NCBI GenBank assembly: GCA_041665365.1
Contig: JBAYIY010000003.1
Coordinates: forward strand, 68,260-132,259
Reading direction: 5' to 3'
Source: Patescibacteria group bacterium
GTDB lineage: Bacteria > Patescibacteriota > Patescibacteriia > UBA9570
DNA: 64,000 nt
Below are positions 1-10,980 of this stretch, in pieces. Below the pieces are notes generated by a model. That model searched no databases. It was not told the DNA's origin and saw only the letters and a program-made list of their open reading frames with translations. Within the stretch, counting starts at the first letter, position 1, and every line of letters begins with the position of its first letter. A program made the position numbers and the translations under genes.

Positions 1-1649
1 CCTTTGGTTTGCTGATACTGCGTTTATGGAGTCGTTGGTTACAGCACGATGTAGGATTGAATCATTTTGATCCGCCGACGATCGCCATCATTGGATTTAT
101 GGCGTTAACAGTACTATTACTTTATCTGTCCATTATTTTGCCCATTGCTGGTTCAGTGCGTATGATCATTTTAGGTATATGTGTGACTTATTGGTTATAT
201 GATAGCCACTTTATCTACTTGCACGGTAAACAAGTCGCCGAGTATTTATGCGCTAAACAATGGTGGCTACACCTTGTTGTAATAGCAATACTAATCATTG
301 CGGCTTTTCAGTCATCTATTGGTCCTGATCATCCAGATGCCGGCCTATATTACGGGCAGACTGTGCGTTGGGAGCAGATTTATCCAACTGTGCTTGGATT
401 AGGCAACTTGTCAGGGAGATTAGCATTTAATTCTAGTTGGTTATTACCCCCAGCGTTAGTTGAAATTGAATTAAATGGAAATGAAATTTTTCATAGTCTT
501 AATGGATTATTTTTGATTTTATTTATTATTTATTGTCTCTATGCTATTGATGATTTATTATACAAAAAAACATCGTATGCAGCATTGGCTGCTGGCTTGT
601 TTTTGGTGTTAACCCCTTGGTTTGGTTTTTTTCATCCATATGATATTTCTTCACCATCGCAAGATCTGCCCCAAGCTATTCTATTATTTTTAGTCATTAT
701 TGCTCTATTGAAACTACCGGAAGATAGTAGTGAGCAAAGATCATATCACTTACTATATTTGGCAATGCTAATAGCGTTTGCCATCACGGTGAAGCTAACT
801 AATGCATCGTTGATTTTTTTATTTATTTGGTTGATTATAACAGAGTGGCGTAATAACCGTTATCATACAATGCTTTTTATACTATTACACAGTGTAATTT
901 TACTACCTTGGTTGATTAGAAACATTATCTTGTCTGGTTATTTAATCTATCCATTTCCAACATTAGATCTCTTCAACGTTGATTGGAAAATACCTATTGC
1001 AGAAGTTCAAAATATGAAACTACTAATTAAAACTTGGGCACTTGCACCAAATCAGCCCATGACAGAATTAGTAGGTCTTACACGTTGGGAATGGTTTGTA
1101 GCTGTTATACAGAAAATTTATAATCATCCTTACCTAGTCTATTTACTGTATCCCAGTGTGGGGGTTGTTATATGGTCGTTCAAATCAACTAAAATTTTTT
1201 TTCGGCAGTATATTTCCATCATTATACTCTTAGTTATTACTACTGGTTTATGGTTATTCAGTGCACCAGATTTATCACGCTTTGGTTTTGGAATTGTCGC
1301 AAGTTGGGCAGTAATTTTATGTTTGTCCTTCATTCAACAATTATGGTTAAAAATAAAGTCATTATTTTGGCATACAGTTTTAATTAGCACAGTTTTAATA
1401 AGTTGGTTGGCTTGGATTATTTCTGGACATATTTCATACACGGAATTGAGTAATGCAACGTTATTATTCAATACACCATATCCACAAGAAGGTATGATTA
1501 TACAACAATATGATGGCTTTAGTGCTGGTGTCAGTCAGAGTTGTTGGTTAGCAACTTTTCCTTGTGTGGCTGGTGATCAAATGTTAACTATTGAGTTGCG
1601 CGGTAAAGATTTAAAAGATGGTTTTCGCATAAGAGATTATTCCCAATAA
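1..1649 (+). CDS. Polytopic membrane protein, GT-C-like (5' end runs off the window)
   Basis: More than 10 hydrophobic segments. Early loop DAGLYYGQTVRW...LGLGNLSGRLAFNSSW. The frame is open to the window edge, so the TTG at 9 is probably not the true start. Lies in a glycosyltransferase cluster. Confidence 0.6.
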   Translation, partial: FGLLILRLWSRWLQHDVGLNHFDPPTIAIIGFMALTVLLLYLSIILPIAGSVRMIILGICVTYWLYDSHFIYLHGKQVAEYLCAKQWWLHLVVIAILIIAAFQSSIGPDHPDAGLYYGQTVRWEQIYPTVLGLGNLSGRLAFNSSWLLPPALVEIELNGNEIFHSLNGLFLILFIIYCLYAIDDLLYKKTSYAALAAGLFLVLTPWFGFFHPYDISSPSQDLPQAILLFLVIIALLKLPEDSSEQRSYHLLYLAMLIAFAITVKLTNASLIFLFIWLIITEWRNNRYHTMLFILLHSVILLPWLIRNIILSGYLIYPFPTLDLFNVDWKIPIAEVQNMKLLIKTWALAPNQPMTELVGLTRWEWFVAVIQKIYNHPYLVYLLYPSVGVVIWSFKSTKIFFRQYISIIILLVITTGLWLFSAPDLSRFGFGIVASWAVILCLSFIQQLWLKIKSLFWHTVLISTVLISWLAWIISGHISYTELSNATLLFNTPYPQEGMIIQQYDGFSAGVSQSCWLATFPCVAGDQMLTIELRGKDLKDGFRIRDYSQ

Positions 1650-1650
1650 T

Positions 1651-2433
1651 ATGAAAGTTTCCATCATCACTCCATCATTTAATCAAGTTCAGTTTATTGA
1701 ACGCACTATTCAAAGCGTCTTAAATCAAACCGGCGATTTTGAGCTTGAGTACATCATCATTGATGGCGGCTCAACCGATGGCTCAGTTGATATTATTAAA
1801 CGTTATGCAGAGCAAGATACGCGCATCCAATGGGTGTCGGAGAAAGATTCAGGACAATCTAATGCCATCAACAAGGGTCTAAAAAAAGCAACGGGTGATA
1901 TTGTTGCTTATTTAAATTCTGATGATACCTATTTGCCGGATGCGATCAATGTCGTAATGGCATATTTTAGACAATATCCAAACAAACAGTGGGTAACTGG
2001 TCAATGTAAAATTATCAATGAACATGACCGTGAAATTAGAAAATTTATTACCTGGTACAAAAAATTATTACTAAAGCATTATAGTTATAAAAAATTATTG
2101 AGTGAAAATTTCATTTCTCAACCAGCTACATTTTGGCGGAAAAAATTACATGATGAAGTGGGTTATTTTAGTGAGCAGGAAAATTTCTGCATGGATTATG
2201 AATTTTGGTTAAGACTTGGTCAAAAATATCAAGCTGGCGTAATAAATAAATACATCGCAAATTTTAGATATTATCAGGGCAGTAAAAGCGGTAGTGTTAA
2301 TAAAAAACAATTTCAGGATGAACTACGTTTAGCAAGACTTTATGGAAAAAATCATCCTATTATTCTACTTTTACACCAATTTAATTATTTCAAAATCATA
2401 TTGGCTTATAAACTGATGGTGTTAATAAGATAA
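1651..2433 (+). CDS. Glycosyltransferase family 2
   Basis: VSIITPSFNQ, IIIDGGSTDGS, GQSNAINKG, YLNSDD and MDYEFWLR motifs. Confidence 0.95.
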   Translation: MKVSIITPSFNQVQFIERTIQSVLNQTGDFELEYIIIDGGSTDGSVDIIKRYAEQDTRIQWVSEKDSGQSNAINKGLKKATGDIVAYLNSDDTYLPDAINVVMAYFRQYPNKQWVTGQCKIINEHDREIRKFITWYKKLLLKHYSYKKLLSENFISQPATFWRKKLHDEVGYFSEQENFCMDYEFWLRLGQKYQAGVINKYIANFRYYQGSKSGSVNKKQFQDELRLARLYGKNHPIILLLHQFNYFKIILAYKLMVLIR

Positions 2434-2445
2434 TGATAAAGTAGT

Positions 2446-3585
2446 GTGAAAAAAATTCTTTTTCTATTTCCACATTTTTTTCTACCGGGTGGTGCCGCTA
2501 ACTCAACAGTTCGATTTGCTCGCTATCTACAACACCACGGATATATTGTGGAAATTTTATGTGCCGGAGCCACGAGCGATTTTCTACAACAAAATAACGA
2601 TCTCAAATTCAAACTTGTTAAAATACCACCCAGTAATACATTACAGTACTGGGCACTATTATTAATCTGGCAATTTAAAATCAATCTGGTATTATCTTGT
2701 TATAAAGACTATATTTTTTTCCCGCAAGTGTTACCGTCAAATTGGTGGGCTTGGTTATACAAACTAAACCATAAAAATCAAAAAATTATTTGGAATTGTA
2801 ATGAACCAAGTGCCTTTATTCATTCAGTAGATTGGATTAATGCTATTAAGAATCCACTGATGCGGTTGGGAGCAAAGCTATTTCGTCCCATTTTAAAATT
2901 AATTGATGTCTATTTAGAAAAACAAAATGATCTGGTATTTGGTAATAGCCAGTTTGCCGCAGCTAGTTATAAGACATGTTATGGTAAAACTACTCAAGGC
3001 GTAATATATCCACCATCATATATCAAAGATGTTGCGCCAGCCTTAACGAAAGACAATTATTTTTTTACTGTCAGTCGGTTAACAAAATTTAAAAATGTTG
3101 ATTTACTCATCAATTCATTTACTAAAATAGCTCAGAGATATCCAAATTATAATCTCATCATAGCTGGCCAGGGTGAATATTTAAACACTTTAAAAAAGTT
3201 AACGCAGAATAATAAAATCGAAGATCGAGTGACCTTTTTAGGGTCAGTATCAGACGATCAATTAGCTAATTTATATATTAAGGCTAGAGCAACAGTGTTT
3301 TGTTCAAAAAATGAACCATTTGGGCTTGTTCCAATCGAATCAATGATGTATGGTACACCAGTGGTTGCTTATAATAACGGTGGTCCAAAGGAAACGATTA
3401 TTAATGGTAAAACCGGTTTTTTATTTGAGGCTGATGATATGTTAACCGGCTTCCTAGAAAGAATTATTAAGCTTGATGATAAATCTTATCAGGTTATGCA
3501 ACACGCTGCTCAGTTACAGGCTAAAAAGTTTGATATCTCGATTTCTGGTGTTCAATTAGAAAAAATGATTATTGCAGTAGAATGA
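2446..3585 (+). CDS. Glycosyltransferase family 4
   Basis: PGGA N-terminal loop, VSRL..FKN, and the EPFGLVPIESM (ExFGx7E-type) motif. Confidence 0.93.
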   Translation: MKKILFLFPHFFLPGGAANSTVRFARYLQHHGYIVEILCAGATSDFLQQNNDLKFKLVKIPPSNTLQYWALLLIWQFKINLVLSCYKDYIFFPQVLPSNWWAWLYKLNHKNQKIIWNCNEPSAFIHSVDWINAIKNPLMRLGAKLFRPILKLIDVYLEKQNDLVFGNSQFAAASYKTCYGKTTQGVIYPPSYIKDVAPALTKDNYFFTVSRLTKFKNVDLLINSFTKIAQRYPNYNLIIAGQGEYLNTLKKLTQNNKIEDRVTFLGSVSDDQLANLYIKARATVFCSKNEPFGLVPIESMMYGTPVVAYNNGGPKETIINGKTGFLFEADDMLTGFLERIIKLDDKSYQVMQHAAQLQAKKFDISISGVQLEKMIIAVE

Positions 3586-3598
3586 ATATATACCTATT

Positions 3599-5563
3599 AT
3601 GGGAGTACTAATCATAGCCACATACATTTTTGCAGTAGCCTTTGCCGGGTTACTACCTATAACATTAATAATACATCAATTCAAGATAGCACTTCGATAT
3701 TGTGTTCCAACATCATTGGCCATACACATAATAATAGGTTATATATTCTACTGTTTTAATATTGTAGAGTTGTTTTCGCTGTGGTACGTCACTGTCATGA
3801 TATCGATTAACTTATATTGTTTAGTGCGTTTATGGAGTGAGCGTACCTCCGTTATTTCTTCATTACGAGTTCGATTATGTTGGAGTAAGATAATTATTGG
3901 TTTCATAATATTTTTGCCCGTTATTTATACTCGTTTTTATGATGCTATATCAACAGCAGCACCTGGAAACAATGATACGTATAATCATGTAGTTTTCTTG
4001 CAAGACTTGTTTCAGGTAGGCGTATTAAATAGTACATACTACGCTCCAGGGTTTCACCTATTATTTTTTCCGTTACAGTATTTTGTAAACATTGTAGATA
4101 TTTATAGATTTGTTGGACCAATAATAGGGGTATTGTTTATTATTGTTTGTTATTGGCTCATACGTACTTATATACAACAACCGCTTGTTCGAGTGTTATT
4201 TATTTTATTGTGTACTTTGCCTGTAATGAATCAATTGACGTTACAGACGATTAGTTTTTTTCCATCAGCTTTAAGTTTTTTCTTTTTTATAGTTTTATTG
4301 GAACTACTGACACGTCCAAAAGATCTGACAACCTGGCAACGTTATAGTTTATTTTTCGTAAATGGGGTTGGATTAGCTTTAACTGTGCCTTATCTATATA
4401 TACAATTACTACCAATTATTGGTTTGGCGTGGGTAATGATGATGGTTATCAGAACGAATTTTGAATATAAACAAAGACGTTATGTTTTAATATGTGGGTG
4501 CTTGGCATTGCTCGCTTTTAGTGTAGGCATAGGACATGTATTTTTGCAAACAAAAATATTGAAACGTGGGGGTGGTTTTCCTGAAATACCGATTGTTCAA
4601 CAGCAAAATAATTCTTTTCAAGTGGTATCAAATTATGGTACAGATAATATTATGGAGGAGTATAATTTTAATGATAACAATAATTCAAACACAGATATAG
4701 GTAAAACGGATGTAGGTATAAAAAAACCTTATTTATTTGATAATGTATTGTCAAATTTACAAAATAGTGCTTTTTATCAAAACAACTTAAAGCCCATGGT
4801 ATCGTCTGCGATCGATATTTTAAACGTAAAAAACATTAGACAAATAAATAATATGTTAGCTGTCGGTGCATACTTATGGATTTTTATATCAGCTTTTATA
4901 CTATGGCACAGTATAAAAGCCCACAATTTATTTGGATTATTTATTGGAGTTAGTTCTTTTGTATTTGGTTTAGCTACGCAAACAGGCATTTTAGAAATGA
5001 GCTATTATCGAGGTAGGTGTGGATGGTATTTATTATTATTAGCCATCTTAGGGACAGTTTATTTGGCACAACAATTTTACAAACAGAATTATGTTTCATG
5101 GTTAATTGTTGGTTTAGTCATTTTATATGTGGGTAGTTTTACGAATCCACCAATTTTTTATAGGTCATATTTTGCCAGTATATTTGATCATACATATGAA
5201 CTGGTACAGCGCTCAAATTCATCACCTATTAGGTTTATTACGCAAATGAATCAATTGAATATATTTATTCCAAATAGTCAATTATTACCACAAGAATTGA
5301 CCAATGTGGCTTCTGATCCGGGTACTAGTGAGCAATACTTAATATTGGAAAAGAAGTATTTAGTGGTTGATCCAGTTTTGTCGCAACAGGCTATTTCCAG
5401 TGATAAAAACTATCAGCAATTTTATAAACAACAAGCTGTATTGAAAACCAATTTTGAAACCCGGCGGCAAAAAATATTAACTGATTCATTTTTTCAAACG
5501 CATTATCGCTTAGACTGGTCAGATGATAATGTGGAATTTTATCGCTATTACACTCCCTCATGA
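3599..5563 (+). CDS. Polytopic membrane protein, GT-C-like
   Basis: Many TM segments, an extracytoplasmic PGNNDTYNH...YYAPGFH loop, an Asn-rich loop and a soluble C-terminal domain. Flanked by GT genes. Confidence 0.55.
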   Translation: MGVLIIATYIFAVAFAGLLPITLIIHQFKIALRYCVPTSLAIHIIIGYIFYCFNIVELFSLWYVTVMISINLYCLVRLWSERTSVISSLRVRLCWSKIIIGFIIFLPVIYTRFYDAISTAAPGNNDTYNHVVFLQDLFQVGVLNSTYYAPGFHLLFFPLQYFVNIVDIYRFVGPIIGVLFIIVCYWLIRTYIQQPLVRVLFILLCTLPVMNQLTLQTISFFPSALSFFFFIVLLELLTRPKDLTTWQRYSLFFVNGVGLALTVPYLYIQLLPIIGLAWVMMMVIRTNFEYKQRRYVLICGCLALLAFSVGIGHVFLQTKILKRGGGFPEIPIVQQQNNSFQVVSNYGTDNIMEEYNFNDNNNSNTDIGKTDVGIKKPYLFDNVLSNLQNSAFYQNNLKPMVSSAIDILNVKNIRQINNMLAVGAYLWIFISAFILWHSIKAHNLFGLFIGVSSFVFGLATQTGILEMSYYRGRCGWYLLLLAILGTVYLAQQFYKQNYVSWLIVGLVILYVGSFTNPPIFYRSYFASIFDHTYELVQRSNSSPIRFITQMNQLNIFIPNSQLLPQELTNVASDPGTSEQYLILEKKYLVVDPVLSQQAISSDKNYQQFYKQQAVLKTNFETRRQKILTDSFFQTHYRLDWSDDNVEFYRYYTPS

Positions 5564-6357
5564 AACTTTCAATTATTACGCCGTCATATAATCAGGGTCA
5601 ATTTATTGGGAAAACATTTTCTAGTATCTTACAACAAACTTGTGTCGATGAGCTTGAATATATTATTGTTGATGCTGTTTCTACTGATGAAACAGCTCAA
5701 GTTATTCAAGAGTATTTACCAAAATTTGAACAACACAAGATTACAGTTAAAGTTATTTGTGAGTCAGATAAAGGTCAATCTGACGCTATTAATAAGGGTT
5801 GGAATTTGGCGACAGGTGACATTATAACTTATCTAAATTCAGATGATTACTATGAATCAAATGTTTTACAAGCAGTTTTAGATTATTTTACAAATCATTC
5901 TACAACCCAATGGGCATATGGCGGTTGGAATTTAGTGAATCGCTCTGGTAAAGTATACACTATCGTTAAACCAACCAATTTTGTGCGCCAGAATTTGTTA
6001 GACTATGATAATATTGGTCAGCCCAGCTGTTTCTTTAGAAAAACTTTATTAGATCAATGTGGTAGGTTGCGACAGGATTATCATCTAGCCATGGATTATG
6101 ATTTATGGTTGCGATTTTTGCAAAAATATGAACCAGCTATTATTCCAAAAGTTATTGCAAACATGCGCTATTATGCTGATGCAAAAAGTGCGCAACGCAC
6201 CAAACAACAAGTTTTAGAAATGTACCATATTGCTAGTCACTATACAAAACCATTGAGTTATCAAAGATTTCGCCAGTATTTTTTTGTGTGTACTGGCTGG
6301 TTGGTAAGTATATTACATCTAGATATTTCTCGTCGTATTGACCGTATGACTCAGTAG
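5560..6357 (+). CDS. Glycosyltransferase family 2 (paralog of 1651..2433)
   Basis: LSIITPSYNQ, GQSDAINKG, YLNSDD, MDYDLWLR. Confidence 0.95.
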   Translation: MKLSIITPSYNQGQFIGKTFSSILQQTCVDELEYIIVDAVSTDETAQVIQEYLPKFEQHKITVKVICESDKGQSDAINKGWNLATGDIITYLNSDDYYESNVLQAVLDYFTNHSTTQWAYGGWNLVNRSGKVYTIVKPTNFVRQNLLDYDNIGQPSCFFRKTLLDQCGRLRQDYHLAMDYDLWLRFLQKYEPAIIPKVIANMRYYADAKSAQRTKQQVLEMYHIASHYTKPLSYQRFRQYFFVCTGWLVSILHLDISRRIDRMTQ

Positions 6358-7379
6358 GTACCACCCAAGAAACGACGTTTAACTAAGTACAAGGTATATA
6401 ATCCCTTCAAGAAATAATTTTTAAATAGCAAATTAATTTGATATGATCGTTTAGCCTGAGCTGGTTCAGACATAAACTGTAAAATGAGTTGAGTTTGTTT
6501 TTTCCAATCCGTATATCCTTGAGTGGTAATTTGATGAACTTGAGTACCTAATGTTGATAGGTTGTCAAAAGACAATAGTTCAAGTTTTTTCCATAGTAGT
6601 CCATTCTTACTATGTTGAATATATTCATTCATTGTAGGATGATCCAGTGCTATTGGTACAAGCCCCATCGCCATGGCTTCCAAAAAACTCATACCAATAC
6701 CCTCATAACGGCGCGGGCAAATAAATACATTACATGATTGCAGTAACTTTAGATAAGAAGTTTTATCTGTAAAACCGGATTCAACAATTTGAATATGATA
6801 TTTTTTAATATCTTCAGCGGTTGGTCGACTAGCGGCAAACTGAGGATCAGGATTTAGCTTCACGATACATTTTTCAACAGGAGTATTTCCAATAATTTTC
6901 TTGACATGTTGAAAAGTAATATCGGTACGTTGCCAAAAAAATATCCGAATCGTACTGTAATCCGTTACTTGTGGTAACGTTTCTGGGTTAAACCAATATT
7001 GGACAAACAAACTATCTAATTGGTTGTTAAGTAAATGTCTATGTAAAGTACTGCTGAAGGTCAACATTTTAATGGGGATCGTGGATAATTCAAACCAGTA
7101 AGCTCGATTATGAATTGGTACCGAATCGTACATGGGTGCCCAAATAATCTTCGGTTTTATTTTTCTCAATTCACTAAAAGTTGGCAGCGATTGGAAAAAA
7201 AATACTACGTCTGCTTGGGTTTCATTGACAGCTTGAGCCGTTATACTTTTACCCTTTTTCCAACCATCGTCCCACAAATCTTGAACAATATATTGTTCGC
7301 TGAAAAGCTCACGTAAGAAGTCGCCGGAATGAGTGTTGCGATGAAAGGAATGATCAACAAAAGCTAATCTAGTCTTCAT
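6351..7379 (-). CDS. Glycosyltransferase family 4 (GT-B)
   Basis: RYEGIGMSFLEAMAMG motif. Start moved to the ATG at 7379 (MKTRLAFVDH), which overlaps the upstream stop. Confidence 0.88.
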   Translation of the reverse strand: MKTRLAFVDHSFHRNTHSGDFLRELFSEQYIVQDLWDDGWKKGKSITAQAVNETQADVVFFFQSLPTFSELRKIKPKIIWAPMYDSVPIHNRAYWFELSTIPIKMLTFSSTLHRHLLNNQLDSLFVQYWFNPETLPQVTDYSTIRIFFWQRTDITFQHVKKIIGNTPVEKCIVKLNPDPQFAASRPTAEDIKKYHIQIVESGFTDKTSYLKLLQSCNVFICPRRYEGIGMSFLEAMAMGLVPIALDHPTMNEYIQHSKNGLLWKKLELLSFDNLSTLGTQVHQITTQGYTDWKKQTQLILQFMSEPAQAKRSYQINLLFKNYFLKGLYTLYLVKRRFLGGTY

Positions 7380-8592
7380 GAGGCACAAGTAATGAGTTAT
7401 AGAATTGCTCAAACTGTTGATCTAGTTTAGATTCATCATAAATTGTTACAACGCGTTGTCTTGCAGCCGTACCCATAGCGTTTAACTTAACCGGAGATAG
7501 TTCGGAAAGTTTTGCTATATTTTCAGCTAGCATAGCTGAATTATTTGCTTCAACTAATTGGCCAGTAATATTATGTTGAATAATTTCTGGAATGCCGCCG
7601 ACTTGAGCAGCAATGACTGGTTTACCAGTACTCATGGCTTCAATGGCCGCCAAACTACCGCAAGCCCTGGCTCCTTGAGTTGGTGCCACTACTATTGAAG
7701 CAGCGGCATAAAATAAAGGCAATTCATCGAAGGGGATACAAGTTGTAAAAAAAACCCGTTTAAGATATTTTTCCGACAATTGTTGGACTGCTTTAGTTGC
7801 ATCACCAGATTCACCGGCAATAATATATTTTATAGATGGTTTGTTTAAGACCAGTTGATTAATAGCTTCCAATAGAGTTGATAAACCCATATCATGGCAG
7901 AGTCGACCAACAAAAAGAACCACCAAGTCAGTTGGGGTTAAGTTAAAACGTTTACGAATAATGTCTCCATTATTATCAGGTTTGAACATTTTAATATCTA
8001 CTCCATAAGGGATAACCGTAACATTTGGTTTTAACCCAATTTCGGAATAACTGTCTGCACAGTGTTTGCTCATAGCTAACAATTTTGTACTGCGCTCACA
8101 AACGTATTGAGTCAGGTTAGGATTTTTTTGAAAAAATGTCTTATGACTATAAAATTCACCGAAATTTGTCACAATCAACGGAATGTTATAAGCCTCACTC
8201 AAGTAGGCTCCGATAGGTGCGTAACTATACATATTAAAAGCACTAATGAGCTGAATGTTATGCTGTTCAATAATGTGACGTCCCATCTCAATGTAAGTGA
8301 TATAACGCAACCAATCGGGGCGTGCTACTTTTTTTAATTGTTGAAATACTGGGTGATTTGGTTGATGAAATAATTGACGAGTAAAACTAAAATAACGTTG
8401 CCATTGGGTAGGTTTGTAGACAGTTAGATCAGCTTGTTTCTTAATACCACTATTGCCACCAGATAATACGTGAATAGACCAATTTTGTTTTATAAGATGT
8501 GGCATGAGATATTCAAAATGACGCGGTACTCCGCCATAAGGCGGAGGGTAATTACCAATAAACAAAATATTTTTTTTCGAACTATTAGCCAT
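7369..8592 (-). CDS. Glycosyltransferase family 4
   Basis: YPPPYGGV, IPYGVD, LFVGRL, IEAMSTGKPVIA..VGGIPEII. Confidence 0.93.
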   Translation of the reverse strand: MANSSKKNILFIGNYPPPYGGVPRHFEYLMPHLIKQNWSIHVLSGGNSGIKKQADLTVYKPTQWQRYFSFTRQLFHQPNHPVFQQLKKVARPDWLRYITYIEMGRHIIEQHNIQLISAFNMYSYAPIGAYLSEAYNIPLIVTNFGEFYSHKTFFQKNPNLTQYVCERSTKLLAMSKHCADSYSEIGLKPNVTVIPYGVDIKMFKPDNNGDIIRKRFNLTPTDLVVLFVGRLCHDMGLSTLLEAINQLVLNKPSIKYIIAGESGDATKAVQQLSEKYLKRVFFTTCIPFDELPLFYAAASIVVAPTQGARACGSLAAIEAMSTGKPVIAAQVGGIPEIIQHNITGQLVEANNSAMLAENIAKLSELSPVKLNAMGTAARQRVVTIYDESKLDQQFEQFYNSLLVPHED

Positions 8593-9325
8593 GTGGTTTA
8601 TTTTTATACAATATGGCCAGCAAATTTTGGCTCACAATATATGGCACTTTTCCAGTTTCGGTGAAAAGCAGTAATTTATAAATTTTTTGAACGCCCCACC
8701 ACATGATTTGTCGCATGGTTTCTTGGATACCTCGACCTCTAGAAAATATTTGATAAACATCGACTTGAGCAAAACCATATTGTTGGCCAATCTGCATTAT
8801 GGTATTACGGGTAAAAGCCAATTCATGAGTGTAGTCACCATAGCGAACGCGGCCAAAAAAGGGTGATTCTCCATTTGGGACATGCACAATCAATTTTCCA
8901 TTTACGGCCAGAGCTTGTTGACAATATTGAAGTATGCGCACAACATCTGGCTTAGAAAAATGTTCTAATACGTCCCGTGCTATGATTAATTCAAATTGAG
9001 CAGTATTCTTTTCTAAGAAAGAAAATAGATCACCACAAACAATATTTTTTACTCCTAACTCTTCACCAATTTTAATTTGTTCCGGGCTAATATCAATACC
9101 ACTGGCTTCCGTATAACCTTTTTGTTGTAACCACCACACAATGCTACCATTACCACATCCAAGATCTAAGATTTTAGCAGTTTGATTTACGGGTAAAAAT
9201 CGACCCATTTCATGATTAAATGGATAAATCCGGTTTTGAAAATCAACCAACGAACCAGCCCCTTTTCGATGTGCCGTGTGGGTTGTGACGTAATTATTGT
9301 ACAGCTCTTTTTTATAATCAGACAT
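8585..9325 (-). CDS. Class I SAM-dependent methyltransferase
   Basis: ILDLGCGNG, GIDISP, DVLEH motifs. Confidence 0.92.
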   Translation of the reverse strand: MSDYKKELYNNYVTTHTAHRKGAGSLVDFQNRIYPFNHEMGRFLPVNQTAKILDLGCGNGSIVWWLQQKGYTEASGIDISPEQIKIGEELGVKNIVCGDLFSFLEKNTAQFELIIARDVLEHFSKPDVVRILQYCQQALAVNGKLIVHVPNGESPFFGRVRYGDYTHELAFTRNTIMQIGQQYGFAQVDVYQIFSRGRGIQETMRQIMWWGVQKIYKLLLFTETGKVPYIVSQNLLAILYKNKPHG

Positions 9326-9399
9326 ATGTTATTAACCCGGGCGGTAAATAGTATCCATTAATTGTTCGGCTCGCACTATAGCAGTGTCTAATGATAAAA

Positions 9400-10827
9400 T
9401 CAAGCAGCCTGGTTAGGATGTATGATTTTTTTTAGTTCTTGAATAATCAGTCGTATGCTATTACGGTCTAACCAATATAGTATAATTAAATAGATAGAAC
9501 CATCAACCAGTAAACCACAAATTAGTCGGAACCAAAATAAACTTGGTATAAAATGAATAATTAGTAAAAAACCAAGACCAGCTAACACACTGGATCCGAA
9601 AGATGGCCATAAAGCAAGCATAATATCTTGCCAACGAATCGGCAGAAGCTTATGAATTAAAAAATACATTATAGTTAAACTAACGAGGTAGACAATTGTG
9701 ATCATCCAAGCTGCTCCCGATAGAGCAAAAAAATGAATTGCAATAGGTAAACTTATCGCAGTCGCTAAAGTAATTCCAATTGACCAATAAAGCAACCAAT
9801 TAAGTTTGTCAAACGCTTTGAATATTGGTCCTGCGGGAGATACTATCACTTGGACATAGGTTAATATTGAAAGGATTTGTAAAATTGGAATAGTTTTAAT
9901 CCATATATTACCCCAAACAGCCGGAACAATAATTGGGGCCGTTATGATAATAGTCATAAGAATAGGTGTAACAATTGTGTGGGTTACGCGAGTGGTTAAT
10001 AAATATGAGTTTACTACAGCTTTAAGATCAGTTTGAAGATTGGAAAATTTTGGAAATAAATATATACCAATTGCTCCAACAAACATAGTAATTGGTGTTA
10101 CGGTAAATTTGAATGCAAATGAATAAATTCCAAGAGTCACTGTACCAAGCATCAGGGAAATAAAAATTTTTTCTGTATTTTGTGCAAAAAATTTAATAAT
10201 GTTGAACACTAATAGACGCGAACTATAAGGCCACAATTCTTTTACGGCTACCATTGAAAATTCTTTCAGATTTGGTCTCCAATCAGAGACACCCCATAAT
10301 ACCAACGTATTTATGACTGAGAGGCAAACTGTCTGAATGACTAAACTCCAGACACCAAAACCAAATAACGCTAGGGTGATGCCGATGCCACCACTGATAA
10401 CAGTTGAAATAGTATCTCGAATTGCTAAAACACGAAAATGTAATTTTTTTTGAGCTAAAGCAATTTGAGTGAGAGACAATGTATTAATTATAAAACTGAG
10501 TGACAATATTTGAATTACTGGTTTTAAGAGTGGAGTCGAAAAATAATTTGCGGCAAAACCAGCGCTAACAATACCGATAATAGTAAGTATCATTCCTACT
10601 AGAACATTAACAACAAAAATAGAACTAAAATGACGGTTGGTGACATTTTGTCGTTGAATTAAAGCCGAACTGAAGCCGTTTTCAGTGAAAGAATCCAGAA
10701 AAGAGATCATTATCATGGCTGTGGCCAATACACCAAAATCCTTAGGGCTAAGTAACCAACTTAAAATCGCAAAAATTATAAAAGAAAGACCTTGTTTACT
10801 GATCACTTGCAGAATAGACCAAATCAT
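9400..10827 (-). CDS. wzx: Wzx-type polysaccharide flippase (MOP/PST family)
   Basis: LSPKDFG, GFSSALIQR, FGVWSLV and LGIYSFA motifs, with about 12-14 TM segments. Confidence 0.9.
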   Translation of the reverse strand: MIWSILQVISKQGLSFIIFAILSWLLSPKDFGVLATAMIMISFLDSFTENGFSSALIQRQNVTNRHFSSIFVVNVLVGMILTIIGIVSAGFAANYFSTPLLKPVIQILSLSFIINTLSLTQIALAQKKLHFRVLAIRDTISTVISGGIGITLALFGFGVWSLVIQTVCLSVINTLVLWGVSDWRPNLKEFSMVAVKELWPYSSRLLVFNIIKFFAQNTEKIFISLMLGTVTLGIYSFAFKFTVTPITMFVGAIGIYLFPKFSNLQTDLKAVVNSYLLTTRVTHTIVTPILMTIIITAPIIVPAVWGNIWIKTIPILQILSILTYVQVIVSPAGPIFKAFDKLNWLLYWSIGITLATAISLPIAIHFFALSGAAWMITIVYLVSLTIMYFLIHKLLPIRWQDIMLALWPSFGSSVLAGLGFLLIIHFIPSLFWFRLICGLLVDGSIYLIILYWLDRNSIRLIIQELKKIIHPNQAA

Positions 10828-10980
10828 GTGGCTAATGATAGCATTAGAATTTGGACTTGTCTTGATCGAAACCGCAGAAGTGTTATTGGACTAAGCACAA
10901 TATTCAGGAGTTGAATATTTTGACTAGCTGTGATATACCACATCACGTATTTATAGTTAATCAATTAGTTTGTTGTTTAC